From a virus (taxonomy: Duplodnaviria > Caudoviricetes): DNA of 58,575 bases. Shown here in pieces: positions 17,208-25,222 of the stretch. Position 1 is the first letter of the stretch. Every line of letters starts with the position of its first letter. The stretch lies in the IMG/VR virus record IMGVR_UViG_3300031669_000031, positions 1-58,575 of that record, one strand, 5' to 3'. Below the pieces are notes generated by a model. The model was not told the DNA's origin and did not search any database. It saw only the letters and a list, made by a program, of their open reading frames with translations. The translations under genes were made by a program, and so were the position numbers.

Positions 17208-17867
17208 TTAAAATGTTACTCCAAATATAAATCCACCTTCCCATTTAATAAAATCCATAGTGAATCCGACATTGAACCATTTGATTCTTGCTCCAACTCC
17301 CATGTCAACGGAGAGTGGGAATAAAACCTTTCTATTAATGTCATCAAAGTATTGCGTATTGCCATAATGATGATATGACAGGCCAATGGAATACAGCAAT
17401 GTTGTGCGATTCATTGTGTCTGGTACATACCGGATAGCACCTGCTGACAGCTTAATGTGGTCGTCTATGCGCTGAACGTCATCAATCCGGTAGTTGCCAT
17501 AGCTTACTCCGGTATATAGCCCTAAATTGCTTATTTGCCTGTCATAGCGCAAGCCCAAGGCCATATCTGTAGGATTATGAGTCAGCCAGAGGGTATTCCT
17601 CTGGCCTGTTGCCTGTAGGGAGGCAAATAACAGTAGTATAAATAAGAAGTGCTGGTAAGCTCCGAATACTCTTATCATCTGCTTGCGCTCTTTCTCCCTT
17701 ACAGCTGTTGCAATGGGGGATAAATCATCGGGCTCTGATAGATCAATAGTCTCAGGATCGTCTTTCAGGTTGAATACTTCCTTCGGTTTGAAGTGATCAA
17801 ACGCCTCCTGAAAGTGCTTGTCTGTCCGGGTTCTCGAACTTTCTTCTTTGAATGCTTCTTTTTTCAT
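17208..17867 (-). CDS. Probable outer-membrane beta-barrel protein with internal signal peptide
   Basis: FLFILLLFASLQATGQ signal after ~65 charged residues; amphipathic strands; ends GGFIFGVTF. Confidence 0.6.
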   Translation of the reverse strand: MKKEAFKEESSRTRTDKHFQEAFDHFKPKEVFNLKDDPETIDLSEPDDLSPIATAVREKERKQMIRVFGAYQHFLFILLLFASLQATGQRNTLWLTHNPTDMALGLRYDRQISNLGLYTGVSYGNYRIDDVQRIDDHIKLSAGAIRYVPDTMNRTTLLYSIGLSYHHYGNTQYFDDINRKVLFPLSVDMGVGARIKWFNVGFTMDFIKWEGGFIFGVTF

Positions 17868-17876
17868 TTGTCTGAT

Positions 17877-17959
17877 GCTTTAATTGGTTTACATTACTCC
17901 CGGGGACTCGCACCCCGGCTCCTCTGTATTTCTGCGGACTTGTCACCGCCAATTAAAGC
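17877..17959 (-). other. Multibranch RNA-like structure upstream of the beta-barrel gene
   Basis: 11-bp outer inverted repeat GCTTTAATTGG/CCAATTAAAGC enclosing GCGG-TGACAAGT-CCGC and CCGGGG-TGCGAGT-CCCCGG. Confidence 0.55.
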
Positions 17960-18154
17960 CTATACCAATTTGAAAACATTCAGGCCTACCTTTATTATAG
18001 CCCCTCCGTCAGCCTCATCCGATTTTAAACTCTGATTGCCCTCTGTCGAAGCAATTACAATGATCTTGCCTGATTTACTCATTTCACCCTTCTCAGTTAA
18101 ATCAACTGTGATCGTCAGGGTGTCCGCTGTTCTTTCCATTCTTACGTTTCTCAT
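17960..18154 (-). CDS. Conserved small beta-rich protein
   Basis: LTITVDL...SKSGK..VIASTEGN...VGLNVF, a pattern I recognise from small bacterial/phage proteins. Confidence 0.7.
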   Translation of the reverse strand: MRNVRMERTADTLTITVDLTEKGEMSKSGKIIVIASTEGNQSLKSDEADGGAIIKVGLNVFKLV

Positions 18155-18167
18155 TTTGTCAGTGTGT

Positions 18168-18440
18168 TTAGTTTATACTTATTGGTGAAATTACTCGCTT
18201 AATTACGTTGTATAATACCCCTGCCGCTGTTTCTTCATCCTCCGCACTTATTACAGTCCATTCAAAACCTATTATCTCTACAAACTCCCTGTGAATCACT
18301 AATTCAAACAATGGCCATCTTAATCTTTCAGGATGATCTTTGCATAAATGAGCCTTGATTGATTTCATATCAGAACCAGAATATTGCTTTAATATTCCGT
18401 AATTGCTTAATTCCCTGTGTGTTATGCTTTTTGATCCCAT
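18168..18440 (-). CDS. Hypothetical protein, first gene of leftward operon
   Basis: Directly downstream of the promoter at 18461-18492. Confidence 0.6.
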   Translation of the reverse strand: MGSKSITHRELSNYGILKQYSGSDMKSIKAHLCKDHPERLRWPLFELVIHREFVEIIGFEWTVISAEDEETAAGVLYNVIKRVISPISIN

Positions 18441-18460
18441 TTGTCAGATGCTTTCGAGTA

Positions 18461-18492
18461 CAATACTACGAAATAATTAACTGCCAAACAAA
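18461..18492 (-). promoter_or_regulatory. Promoter of leftward early operon
   Basis: TTTG (18492-18489), 20 nt spacer, TAGTATTG (18468-18461; one mismatch to TAnnTTTG). Confidence 0.6.
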
Positions 18493-18527
18493 CATTTTAA
18501 CAACTATTTTTTCAACATATGTTAGTA

Positions 18528-18824
18528 TGACATAAAATGACATTTTTATAAAGCCCTTTAGTATCACTCATAATATACTGTGTATTATATAGGTTACAAA
18601 ATAAGTGTTGAGTAATTCAACACTTTCAAAATGCGATTGTCACAAACGGAGCAAAATCGTTTGTCATTTTTTTGTCACAAATGACATTAAATCGTAAAGT
18701 GTTAGATATCAGGCATGTTTATTGGCACAAAATGACATAAAAATGACATAAAAAATAATAGGCTGTCACAATAACCTTTGTAATGGATTGATTGATATAT
18801 TCATAGCGTGTGACAAAAATGACA
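18528..18824. repeat. Cluster of 11 TGACA/TGTCA pentamers plus a palindrome in an AT-rich non-coding region
   Basis: Copies at 18528, 18538, 18638, 18662, 18673, 18682, 18733, 18744, 18764, 18811 and 18820; AAGTGTTGA-n5-TCAACACTT at 18603-18625. Confidence 0.8.
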
Positions 18825-18978
18825 AACAGAAATGAAAAGTATGTTTTGATATTCCGGCCTGTTATTGTGAAATAACTGCACAATAAAACAGCTCTTTTAT
18901 ATAATTTTCATGATGTGTTATTGATAGTTTTTATACTCTTGTATGTATATTAGAATCAGCTATTTATAAATGCAGTCC

Positions 18979-19096
18979 CGCAAGTGCGATACGCACCGTT
19001 TTTTTTACGCACAAAAAAAGAGAGCAAAAAGGTCAATTTTGGGCAAAAATCCCGGCACTTGCGATACGCACTTGCGAACCGCACTTGCATTACGCA
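18979..19096. repeat. Three tandem 13-mers (GCACTTGCgatac) plus an inverted copy
   Basis: 19055-19067, 19068-19080 and 19081-19093; CGCAAGTGC inverted at 18979-18987. Confidence 0.85.
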
Positions 19097-19236
19097 TATG
19101 TATCATTAGATATATATAGTTAATAATAGTTATTATTCTTCTTTTTAAGAAATGATTATAAGAGTAATTAATTACAATAGAAGTTTTGAATTTGTTTTTT
19201 AACTTTGTGATGATATCAAAACATAAATTTACAGTC

Positions 19237-19479
19237 ATGACTAAAAAGAAAACAAAATCGGAAACAAAATCCTCAGTTGAGGTTTTAGAATCTCCTCCTG
19301 TTGGACCGACACAAGCTGAAAAGGATTTACAGCTGCTGAAAGCTAAGCTGAAGAAGAAATATCATCTTCTGACGGATGAAGATCTGAAATATGATGATAA
19401 AGAGACTCTATTGAGTCATGTATGCCTGGTTCTTGGTCTGCCAAGGCCGAAGCTTGATTGGGTATTGATTGACCTGTAA
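19237..19479 (+). CDS. CsbD-like small protein
   Basis: LKAKLKKKYHLLTDEDLKYDDKETLLSHVCLVLG resembles CsbD (LKGKLKQKYA.LTDDDL); TAACTTTG -7 box at 19200-19207. Confidence 0.55.
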   Translation: MTKKKTKSETKSSVEVLESPPVGPTQAEKDLQLLKAKLKKKYHLLTDEDLKYDDKETLLSHVCLVLGLPRPKLDWVLIDL

Positions 19480-19484
19480 GGGGC

Positions 19485-19685
19485 TTATTTGCCCTTTCTG
19501 GAAGCATGATGTTGTTTCAGGTGATCACCAGCGAAGTCATGCTTCTTTTTTTTCTTAGCATGTTCCGGGAGGTCCTTACCCTTTGATTCTTCATTCCAGT
19601 GTTCTACATTAACACCTTGCTTCTCCAATTCTTTCTTATGAATATTAAAATAGGCTCGCTGGGCCTCACTTACATATGGACACAT
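19485..19685 (-). CDS. Small basic phage protein (PYVSEAQR type)
   Basis: PYVSEAQRAYF...W..E..GKDLPEH pattern, which I recognise from small phage proteins. Confidence 0.6.
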   Translation of the reverse strand: MCPYVSEAQRAYFNIHKKELEKQGVNVEHWNEESKGKDLPEHAKKKKKHDFAGDHLKQHHASRKGK

Positions 19686-20136
19686 GATTAAGTTTGTTAT
19701 TAAGTTCAGCTAATGCTAATTTTTCTTTGGAGTTATTATGTGAATCTCCGTATTTTTCATAGAAAGATATTAATAGATCAGCCTGTTCAGCTTTCACTCT
19801 TATATATGGGCGCAATAATTTAATAACTTCATACGCTTTTCTGTCTCCATAATTGATATTCCAACAGTCTTTTTTTATTTTTCTCCGGTTTTCTTTCTGA
19901 TAAATGAGATTAATATTGCCTATATTCAATGTTTTAAGAATCCATAGTAATATTTCCTTATTAGCTTGTGTTATTATAAGCATAGGTCGAATATAAGGTT
20001 GTTTCCTATCTCTCCGTATGTGCATAATTATAGAACCTTCTCCATCAACAAACCCTGCAATATAAGCTAAGTCTTCATTCACTTGCGACATTATCTTAAA
20101 TTTTTGGTAAAGTTTATATATCTTACTGCATTTCAT
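19666..20136 (-). CDS. Free-standing single-motif LAGLIDADG homing endonuclease
   Basis: DLAYIAGFVDGEGSI, ITQAN, LRPYIRVKAEQA; start may be 20091. Confidence 0.85.
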   Translation of the reverse strand: MKCSKIYKLYQKFKIMSQVNEDLAYIAGFVDGEGSIIMHIRRDRKQPYIRPMLIITQANKEILLWILKTLNIGNINLIYQKENRRKIKKDCWNINYGDRKAYEVIKLLRPYIRVKAEQADLLISFYEKYGDSHNNSKEKLALAELNNKLNHVSICK

Positions 20137-22757
20137 TAAGTTAGCTTCATAGCGTAACGCTTTTCAATATCAGCGATCAGGCCTGAAATGTATGAATCAT
20201 CCTTCACTGCGCCACCTATCACGAATATAAACGATCTACAGCTGAATGAGGATCTCCCGGTTATTACCTTTTCTCCCGGAGAGACAACATGACTTGCACT
20301 GTGAACGAACCAATGTTCTCCGTCAGAACTACCAAACAGGTAAAAGGTGAAAGGTTTCATGTCTCCCGGGTTAATCCATCCATACAGGATCGATCTCATT
20401 ATCTTTTTAAAGCTTACCATTTCACCAAACTTAACAGGCCTGGTCTCTGCATGTATCATTATCTCCTGATCAGTTACAGCGAGCTCTTGCGTTATATCAT
20501 ACAGGTTGAATAATGAATTGGCATAATCAGTCCCATATACAGTCGGGAAGTCATGTATAAACGTCACCCAGGACTGAGTAATCCGAAACCACGACTTCGA
20601 TGTCAGGTTATATACATACGAGTAATTATACTCTGGATTACTTACAATGATCTCTTTACGCTCTGTTGCATTAAGCAGATTAACATTAACAAATGCTACA
20701 TTGGCATTCATTGCATACGTCCCAAATGGATCTTCATCAGTGAACAGGAGTGGGCGATACACATTTGGATCGTTCATTATCTTATCATACGAATTCAGGC
20801 CGATCAATGGCGATGCTGCCGGTCCAATGGCTTGATCACTTATCCCAATAGGATCTCTCCCTGCCAATATCATCAGGCCTTCATTACTCAGGAATATAAC
20901 CCCTCCATCAATACCTAGGATGGACTTAGCATTAATACATACAGTGCCTGATAATGGCCTGACACTTTGAATCAGTATATCTCCATCGCCTATATCAAGT
21001 GTCCAGATACCTCTGGTGGTAAAGGTGAAAATAGGGAACTGCCCAAACTGGCCCTGAGAGAGAGGTATTACATTGGTAGCCATTCCCATTATGAAACCGT
21101 CCACCCGATATGAGTTGATAGCAGGAAAGTAAAATGGGTTCTGGAATTCAGTAGCTTGTACCCTGTCTCCATCCCAATATGTTGCAGATACCTCAGGAGA
21201 ATCGATTGAATAGCCGGTATATGGTCCAATAACCTTAGGAAAGCCAAGGCCAGTATCAAGTGTGAAATAATTAACCGGCATAGCAAAAGAGAAATTCATG
21301 CCGAATACCTGGTTCATAGGGATTGTCTTTATATGCCTAATATCTGCTCCTATTTTGAACCACATATCACATTGCTTGCATCTGGCATCAGGATAACCAA
21401 TAAAGTCACGCAACGTAAACTGGAAATAATCAGGGTTTCCACCACCATCATCCCGATAATACGTGCATTCCTCCCACTCTGTCAATACACGCTTAGTACC
21501 TTCAGCAGTATCAATATCGTAAGAGATAGCTATAGAGTAAGCTGGGCCAGTTACATTATTGGTTCCTACATATAGTAACCCATGTAATGACTGTCCCTGA
21601 TATAAGGTATTTTTAATATTCCCCATGAATATCCGTTGATTATAGCTGAATAATCTTTTACCAAAGAGTCTGTGTATAGAAAAATTACCAGCAGGCATTA
21701 CATCACCCGATGATAACAAAGAAACATCAGATATAGCCACATTAGCAAATGTCTCAGCAGTAAGACTATCAATTCCGATTTTTCTTAGTTGAAAATAAAA
21801 TATCTCATTATTTATCCAGCTATTAGTCATGCCTGTAGTATATCCGGCAGGAAGTGTCATTGAATAATAATCGTCATCAACCATCAGAATCTTTTGTAAT
21901 TCTTCCAATGGTGCATGGTTTGTTATGTAGATGTTAAATGACTTAACAATGCCTTTGTATTGGGTTTTCAGGGCTATAAGGTCAGCAGATGATATGTTTA
22001 TTTTGTATTGAATGTCATACCCTGTAAATTTAACAGTAGTCCAATAGCTTGCTCCTGCATGCCATTTTCCATCAATATCACTTCCGACAATAAATGCAGG
22101 CACAGTATGCATCACGATAGAACCATCAAATAACTCCCATGCACAACGGACCAAGTATTTGCCTATCAAATAACCCTTCCTCACCATCCGTTTCCATTGA
22201 TCTTGTGCCGATCCCTTTAATGCAGTATCAATTGCATCATCAGTAGATGCAGCATCCAAGGTAATTACTTTTGTCTCATCATCCGTAGTATTGGCAACTC
22301 GCTGGAACTGGATAAGCGGCATGTCCGGGAGGAACCCATCAAAGGAACGGTAGTCTTGTGTATCAGGGTCATATAGCATCACATAGGTCTTTTCTCCCTC
22401 CTGATCACTGATCATACAGGCATTCCCTACATGACTGAAGGCTGCCTCACCTGTGATAGTTTGTAATGCTAAGTTCTGTGTTACAAGTACATCATTCTGG
22501 TATATGGCATAGGCAAGGTAAGATCCTGATGTTCCCCAAAAGGAATATACAGTCTCTGATATGATATGCTTATACATTAAGCTGAATTGTGGAGAGTCAG
22601 GAACCAGCACCTTTCCCGGGACAGGACGTAAGGCTCCATTGGTAAAGCGCATATTTATCATGTCAAGCAATGCACCATCAGGAAGGGCATCATTAGGCCT
22701 CCGGTCAATCCCCTTCAATGATATCGGCATCCGTAACTGGTTTTCCTTGGTAGCCAT
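20136..22757 (-). CDS. Tail tubular/stabilisation (nozzle) protein, podovirus-type
   Basis: 873 aa, beta-rich; DMINMRF N-terminus, SQGQFGQFPIFTFTTRGIWTL, SYVYNLTSKSW, ETRPVKFG; resembles P22 gp10/T7 gp12-type nozzles. Confidence 0.65.
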   Translation of the reverse strand: MATKENQLRMPISLKGIDRRPNDALPDGALLDMINMRFTNGALRPVPGKVLVPDSPQFSLMYKHIISETVYSFWGTSGSYLAYAIYQNDVLVTQNLALQTITGEAAFSHVGNACMISDQEGEKTYVMLYDPDTQDYRSFDGFLPDMPLIQFQRVANTTDDETKVITLDAASTDDAIDTALKGSAQDQWKRMVRKGYLIGKYLVRCAWELFDGSIVMHTVPAFIVGSDIDGKWHAGASYWTTVKFTGYDIQYKINISSADLIALKTQYKGIVKSFNIYITNHAPLEELQKILMVDDDYYSMTLPAGYTTGMTNSWINNEIFYFQLRKIGIDSLTAETFANVAISDVSLLSSGDVMPAGNFSIHRLFGKRLFSYNQRIFMGNIKNTLYQGQSLHGLLYVGTNNVTGPAYSIAISYDIDTAEGTKRVLTEWEECTYYRDDGGGNPDYFQFTLRDFIGYPDARCKQCDMWFKIGADIRHIKTIPMNQVFGMNFSFAMPVNYFTLDTGLGFPKVIGPYTGYSIDSPEVSATYWDGDRVQATEFQNPFYFPAINSYRVDGFIMGMATNVIPLSQGQFGQFPIFTFTTRGIWTLDIGDGDILIQSVRPLSGTVCINAKSILGIDGGVIFLSNEGLMILAGRDPIGISDQAIGPAASPLIGLNSYDKIMNDPNVYRPLLFTDEDPFGTYAMNANVAFVNVNLLNATERKEIIVSNPEYNYSYVYNLTSKSWFRITQSWVTFIHDFPTVYGTDYANSLFNLYDITQELAVTDQEIMIHAETRPVKFGEMVSFKKIMRSILYGWINPGDMKPFTFYLFGSSDGEHWFVHSASHVVSPGEKVITGRSSFSCRSFIFVIGGAVKDDSYISGLIADIEKRYAMKLT

Positions 22758-23220
22758 CGTCTATTAATTTTTGGTTGAAAAACTGGAATATATTTGCAGT
22801 ATCGACATTAACCCCAGGCATATCGCTGTCTTTGGGATTGCCAATATTTTCGAGTTCACTTAGTGTTTTAAGCGTTTTTTGCAGTGCATCGATATTTCTG
22901 GTGTCCTTTGCGACTCTTATTATCCGTTCAAGTATCAGCTTCTTAGCCCTGAACATATCTTTCATGAACTGAGCTCGTTCATGTAGTGCAATATTGAGTT
23001 CCTGTTCAGGGGTATGGATAATTGCTATCTTGTCATTGTCAACATGAGGCATTAATCCATCTTTGATCTTGTTTGTCTGGTCCAGATATTGCTGATATTT
23101 GCGATAGACAGTTCTTAAATTGGCACCGGATGACTTGGCAGCATCCTGTACTGTCATGTTCTGCTCAATGATATAGAATAATGCTCTGTCAAGGGCTTTC
23201 CTGTTAGTGAATTTTGGCAT
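22705..23220 (-). CDS. HTH protein, possible terminase small subunit
   Basis: MTVQDAAKSSGANLRTVYRKY HTH followed by a helical oligomerisation-like region. Confidence 0.45.
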   Translation of the reverse strand: MPKFTNRKALDRALFYIIEQNMTVQDAAKSSGANLRTVYRKYQQYLDQTNKIKDGLMPHVDNDKIAIIHTPEQELNIALHERAQFMKDMFRAKKLILERIIRVAKDTRNIDALQKTLKTLSELENIGNPKDSDMPGVNVDTANIFQFFNQKLIDDGYQGKPVTDADIIEGD

Positions 23221-23353
23221 GTCACTATATGTTTTTGCAAAGTTTATAATAAATACTCATGTAATAGCGACAAAATGACAGAAACTTGCGCCAAAAAAAC
23301 GCTTTACAACGGAGAAAAACTTATAAGTTTACATTTTACAAAATCTACCAGAT

Positions 23354-23914
23354 ATGATTGGCACAGCATTGGCTATAGCTTCACTTGCCGGGACAGTGCT
23401 CTCACAGGCAGAATCTGCCGCAGCTAACAAGCGAGCAGAAAGAGAACTGGCACAACGAAGGCAAGAGCTTGATCTTGAAGTCAAGTATGACTACAATCTT
23501 GACTTCCTCAATACTCCACAGGCAAAGTCAGCACTCAGCCTCCTTACTCAGAAGTATATAGAGAACACTAAGAAGGTAGCCCAGGGATCAGTAATCTCCG
23601 GGGCATCGGATGAGAAAACCGTTGCAGCCGCAGAAGAAATGCAAAAGCCCTATGTTGGTGCAATAACGAGTCTTGCCGGTTACGGACAACAGAGACAGGA
23701 CTATCTCAAAAGAAATCAGCTCAGTATGGATCAACACCTTGCAGATCTCCAATACTCTAATACACTTGCAAAAGGACAGAACTGGTCAAATCTTGGGACT
23801 AATGCCCTTAATGCAGGTATCGGATTCGCTCAGGCAGATGCTACCGGAGCATTCGAAGATATGGATAGCTGGTTTAAAGGACTTGGAGCAAAAGGCCGGG
23901 TTAAAAAGATATAA
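23354..23914 (+). CDS. Internal virion/ejection protein
   Basis: Gly/Ala-rich hydrophobic N-terminus then coiled coil; first of three co-oriented ejection-type genes. Confidence 0.6.
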   Translation: MIGTALAIASLAGTVLSQAESAAANKRAERELAQRRQELDLEVKYDYNLDFLNTPQAKSALSLLTQKYIENTKKVAQGSVISGASDEKTVAAAEEMQKPYVGAITSLAGYGQQRQDYLKRNQLSMDQHLADLQYSNTLAKGQNWSNLGTNALNAGIGFAQADATGAFEDMDSWFKGLGAKGRVKKI

Positions 23915-23969
23915 TCGGCAATCCCGGTAGCTCAATGAATAAGGCTCTCAACTATAATCTCAGAAATTA

Positions 23970-25208
23970 ATGGCACGATTAGACCTGGAAGAAAAACCAC
24001 CTGCTACACCAATAGCAAAAGGACCATATTCTGCACTGTTTGATTGGGAAAAAGAGACCGATACAGCAAAACAGGACTTGGAAAAGAAACAGGGAGTACA
24101 AAAAAAGATCATGCGGACCAATGCGCTTGGTGAGGCATTCAGGCTATTGGCTGAAGGAGTAGGCGCAACACAAGGCTCCACAATAACACCACGCAATGTT
24201 AATCCCGGCATCCTGTCAGCAGTTAATGAGTATGGCAAGAATGAGACCGAATACATGCAGAAGATGGCAGGAATCGATACTAAAAAGCTTGCACTGGCAT
24301 CAGAGGATCTCAAATATAAGCTTGGCACCGAAGCCGCAAAAGCAGACAGAGCGTTCAAAGAACAGGAAGCAGAGAAGGACAGAGCAGCTCAGGCAGAAAA
24401 AGAGCTAAATAACTTCATTAAAGAGCAGGAGCTATTAGAGAAACAATACAGGCTCAGAGGGATGGAGAATGAGGCAGAGGGAGCCCGAAAGATTCGTCAA
24501 ATGGCAACTGATGCAGCCCTTGGCATTGAGAGAGACCGTAAGAAAGCACAGTTCGAGAGAGGGCTTGATCTTATACCAGGTCAGGGATTAACGACAGGGA
24601 TAGATATACTCACCCCTCCGCAAAAAGGAGATAAAGGCTCCATGCAGTTTATTACACCAGACACACACCAAACCATATACCTTACCCCGGGACTTATCAA
24701 TTATATTTCAACTCAGTTATCGACAGGAAAAAGTCAGTATGACCAGACAATACCAAGAGTATTGAGGGATATTATGGCTAACAAGAATCCTCAACCAGAG
24801 GCATTAGCCAAAGCTTTTACGGATAATTGGGATTTTATAAGGGACAATATATTTGCCCCTGTTCCTGATCTTGCAGCACAGATAGGACTAAAGCCGGGAG
24901 AGGCTCCTCCTCCTTCACAATCTGCCTCATCGGCACCAACACAACAAGTAAAGGATGACGGAAGCGTAACGCTTGACGATGAATCCCAGGTTCAATTACA
25001 AATGAGAATTACTGAAATTTTAGATACCAACCCCTCCGATATGAGCGACAAAGCCATAAACGAGAAAATAAAGAAAATTGCTGATCTTAAATACACAACT
25101 CTTACTACAGCAGGATTGCCAGTAACTAAAAATGAAGCATTAAAGACAGCAATGAGTGATGTTGGGGAGTGGAGGGATGAACAAAGGAAACAGAATTCTG
25201 GTAAGTAA
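23970..25208 (+). CDS. Internal virion/ejection protein (coiled-coil)
   Basis: Helical, charged, NALGEAFRLLAEGVG motif; precedes the giant protein. Confidence 0.55.
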   Translation: MARLDLEEKPPATPIAKGPYSALFDWEKETDTAKQDLEKKQGVQKKIMRTNALGEAFRLLAEGVGATQGSTITPRNVNPGILSAVNEYGKNETEYMQKMAGIDTKKLALASEDLKYKLGTEAAKADRAFKEQEAEKDRAAQAEKELNNFIKEQELLEKQYRLRGMENEAEGARKIRQMATDAALGIERDRKKAQFERGLDLIPGQGLTTGIDILTPPQKGDKGSMQFITPDTHQTIYLTPGLINYISTQLSTGKSQYDQTIPRVLRDIMANKNPQPEALAKAFTDNWDFIRDNIFAPVPDLAAQIGLKPGEAPPPSQSASSAPTQQVKDDGSVTLDDESQVQLQMRITEILDTNPSDMSDKAINEKIKKIADLKYTTLTTAGLPVTKNEALKTAMSDVGEWRDEQRKQNSGK

Positions 25209-25222
25209 TTAAACTGATCAAA

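Noticed and set aside
18563-18596. dif/Xer-like site (CATAAT...TTAT inverted repeat)
   Set aside because: Spacer is 11 nt rather than 6 and the XerD arm does not match; no recombinase gene in the window
18528-19096. CRISPR array
   Set aside because: Repeats are 5-13 nt, irregular or directly tandem, without unique 30-40 nt spacers; no cas genes
19005-19238. 77-aa minus-strand ORF over the 13-mer repeats
   Set aside because: Low-complexity translation of a repeat/AT-rich regulatory region that overlaps a plus-strand promoter
23921-23965. tRNA remnant (GGTAGCTCAATGAATAAGGC resembles a D-arm)
   Set aside because: No anticodon stem, T-arm or matching acceptor strand follows; too weak to call
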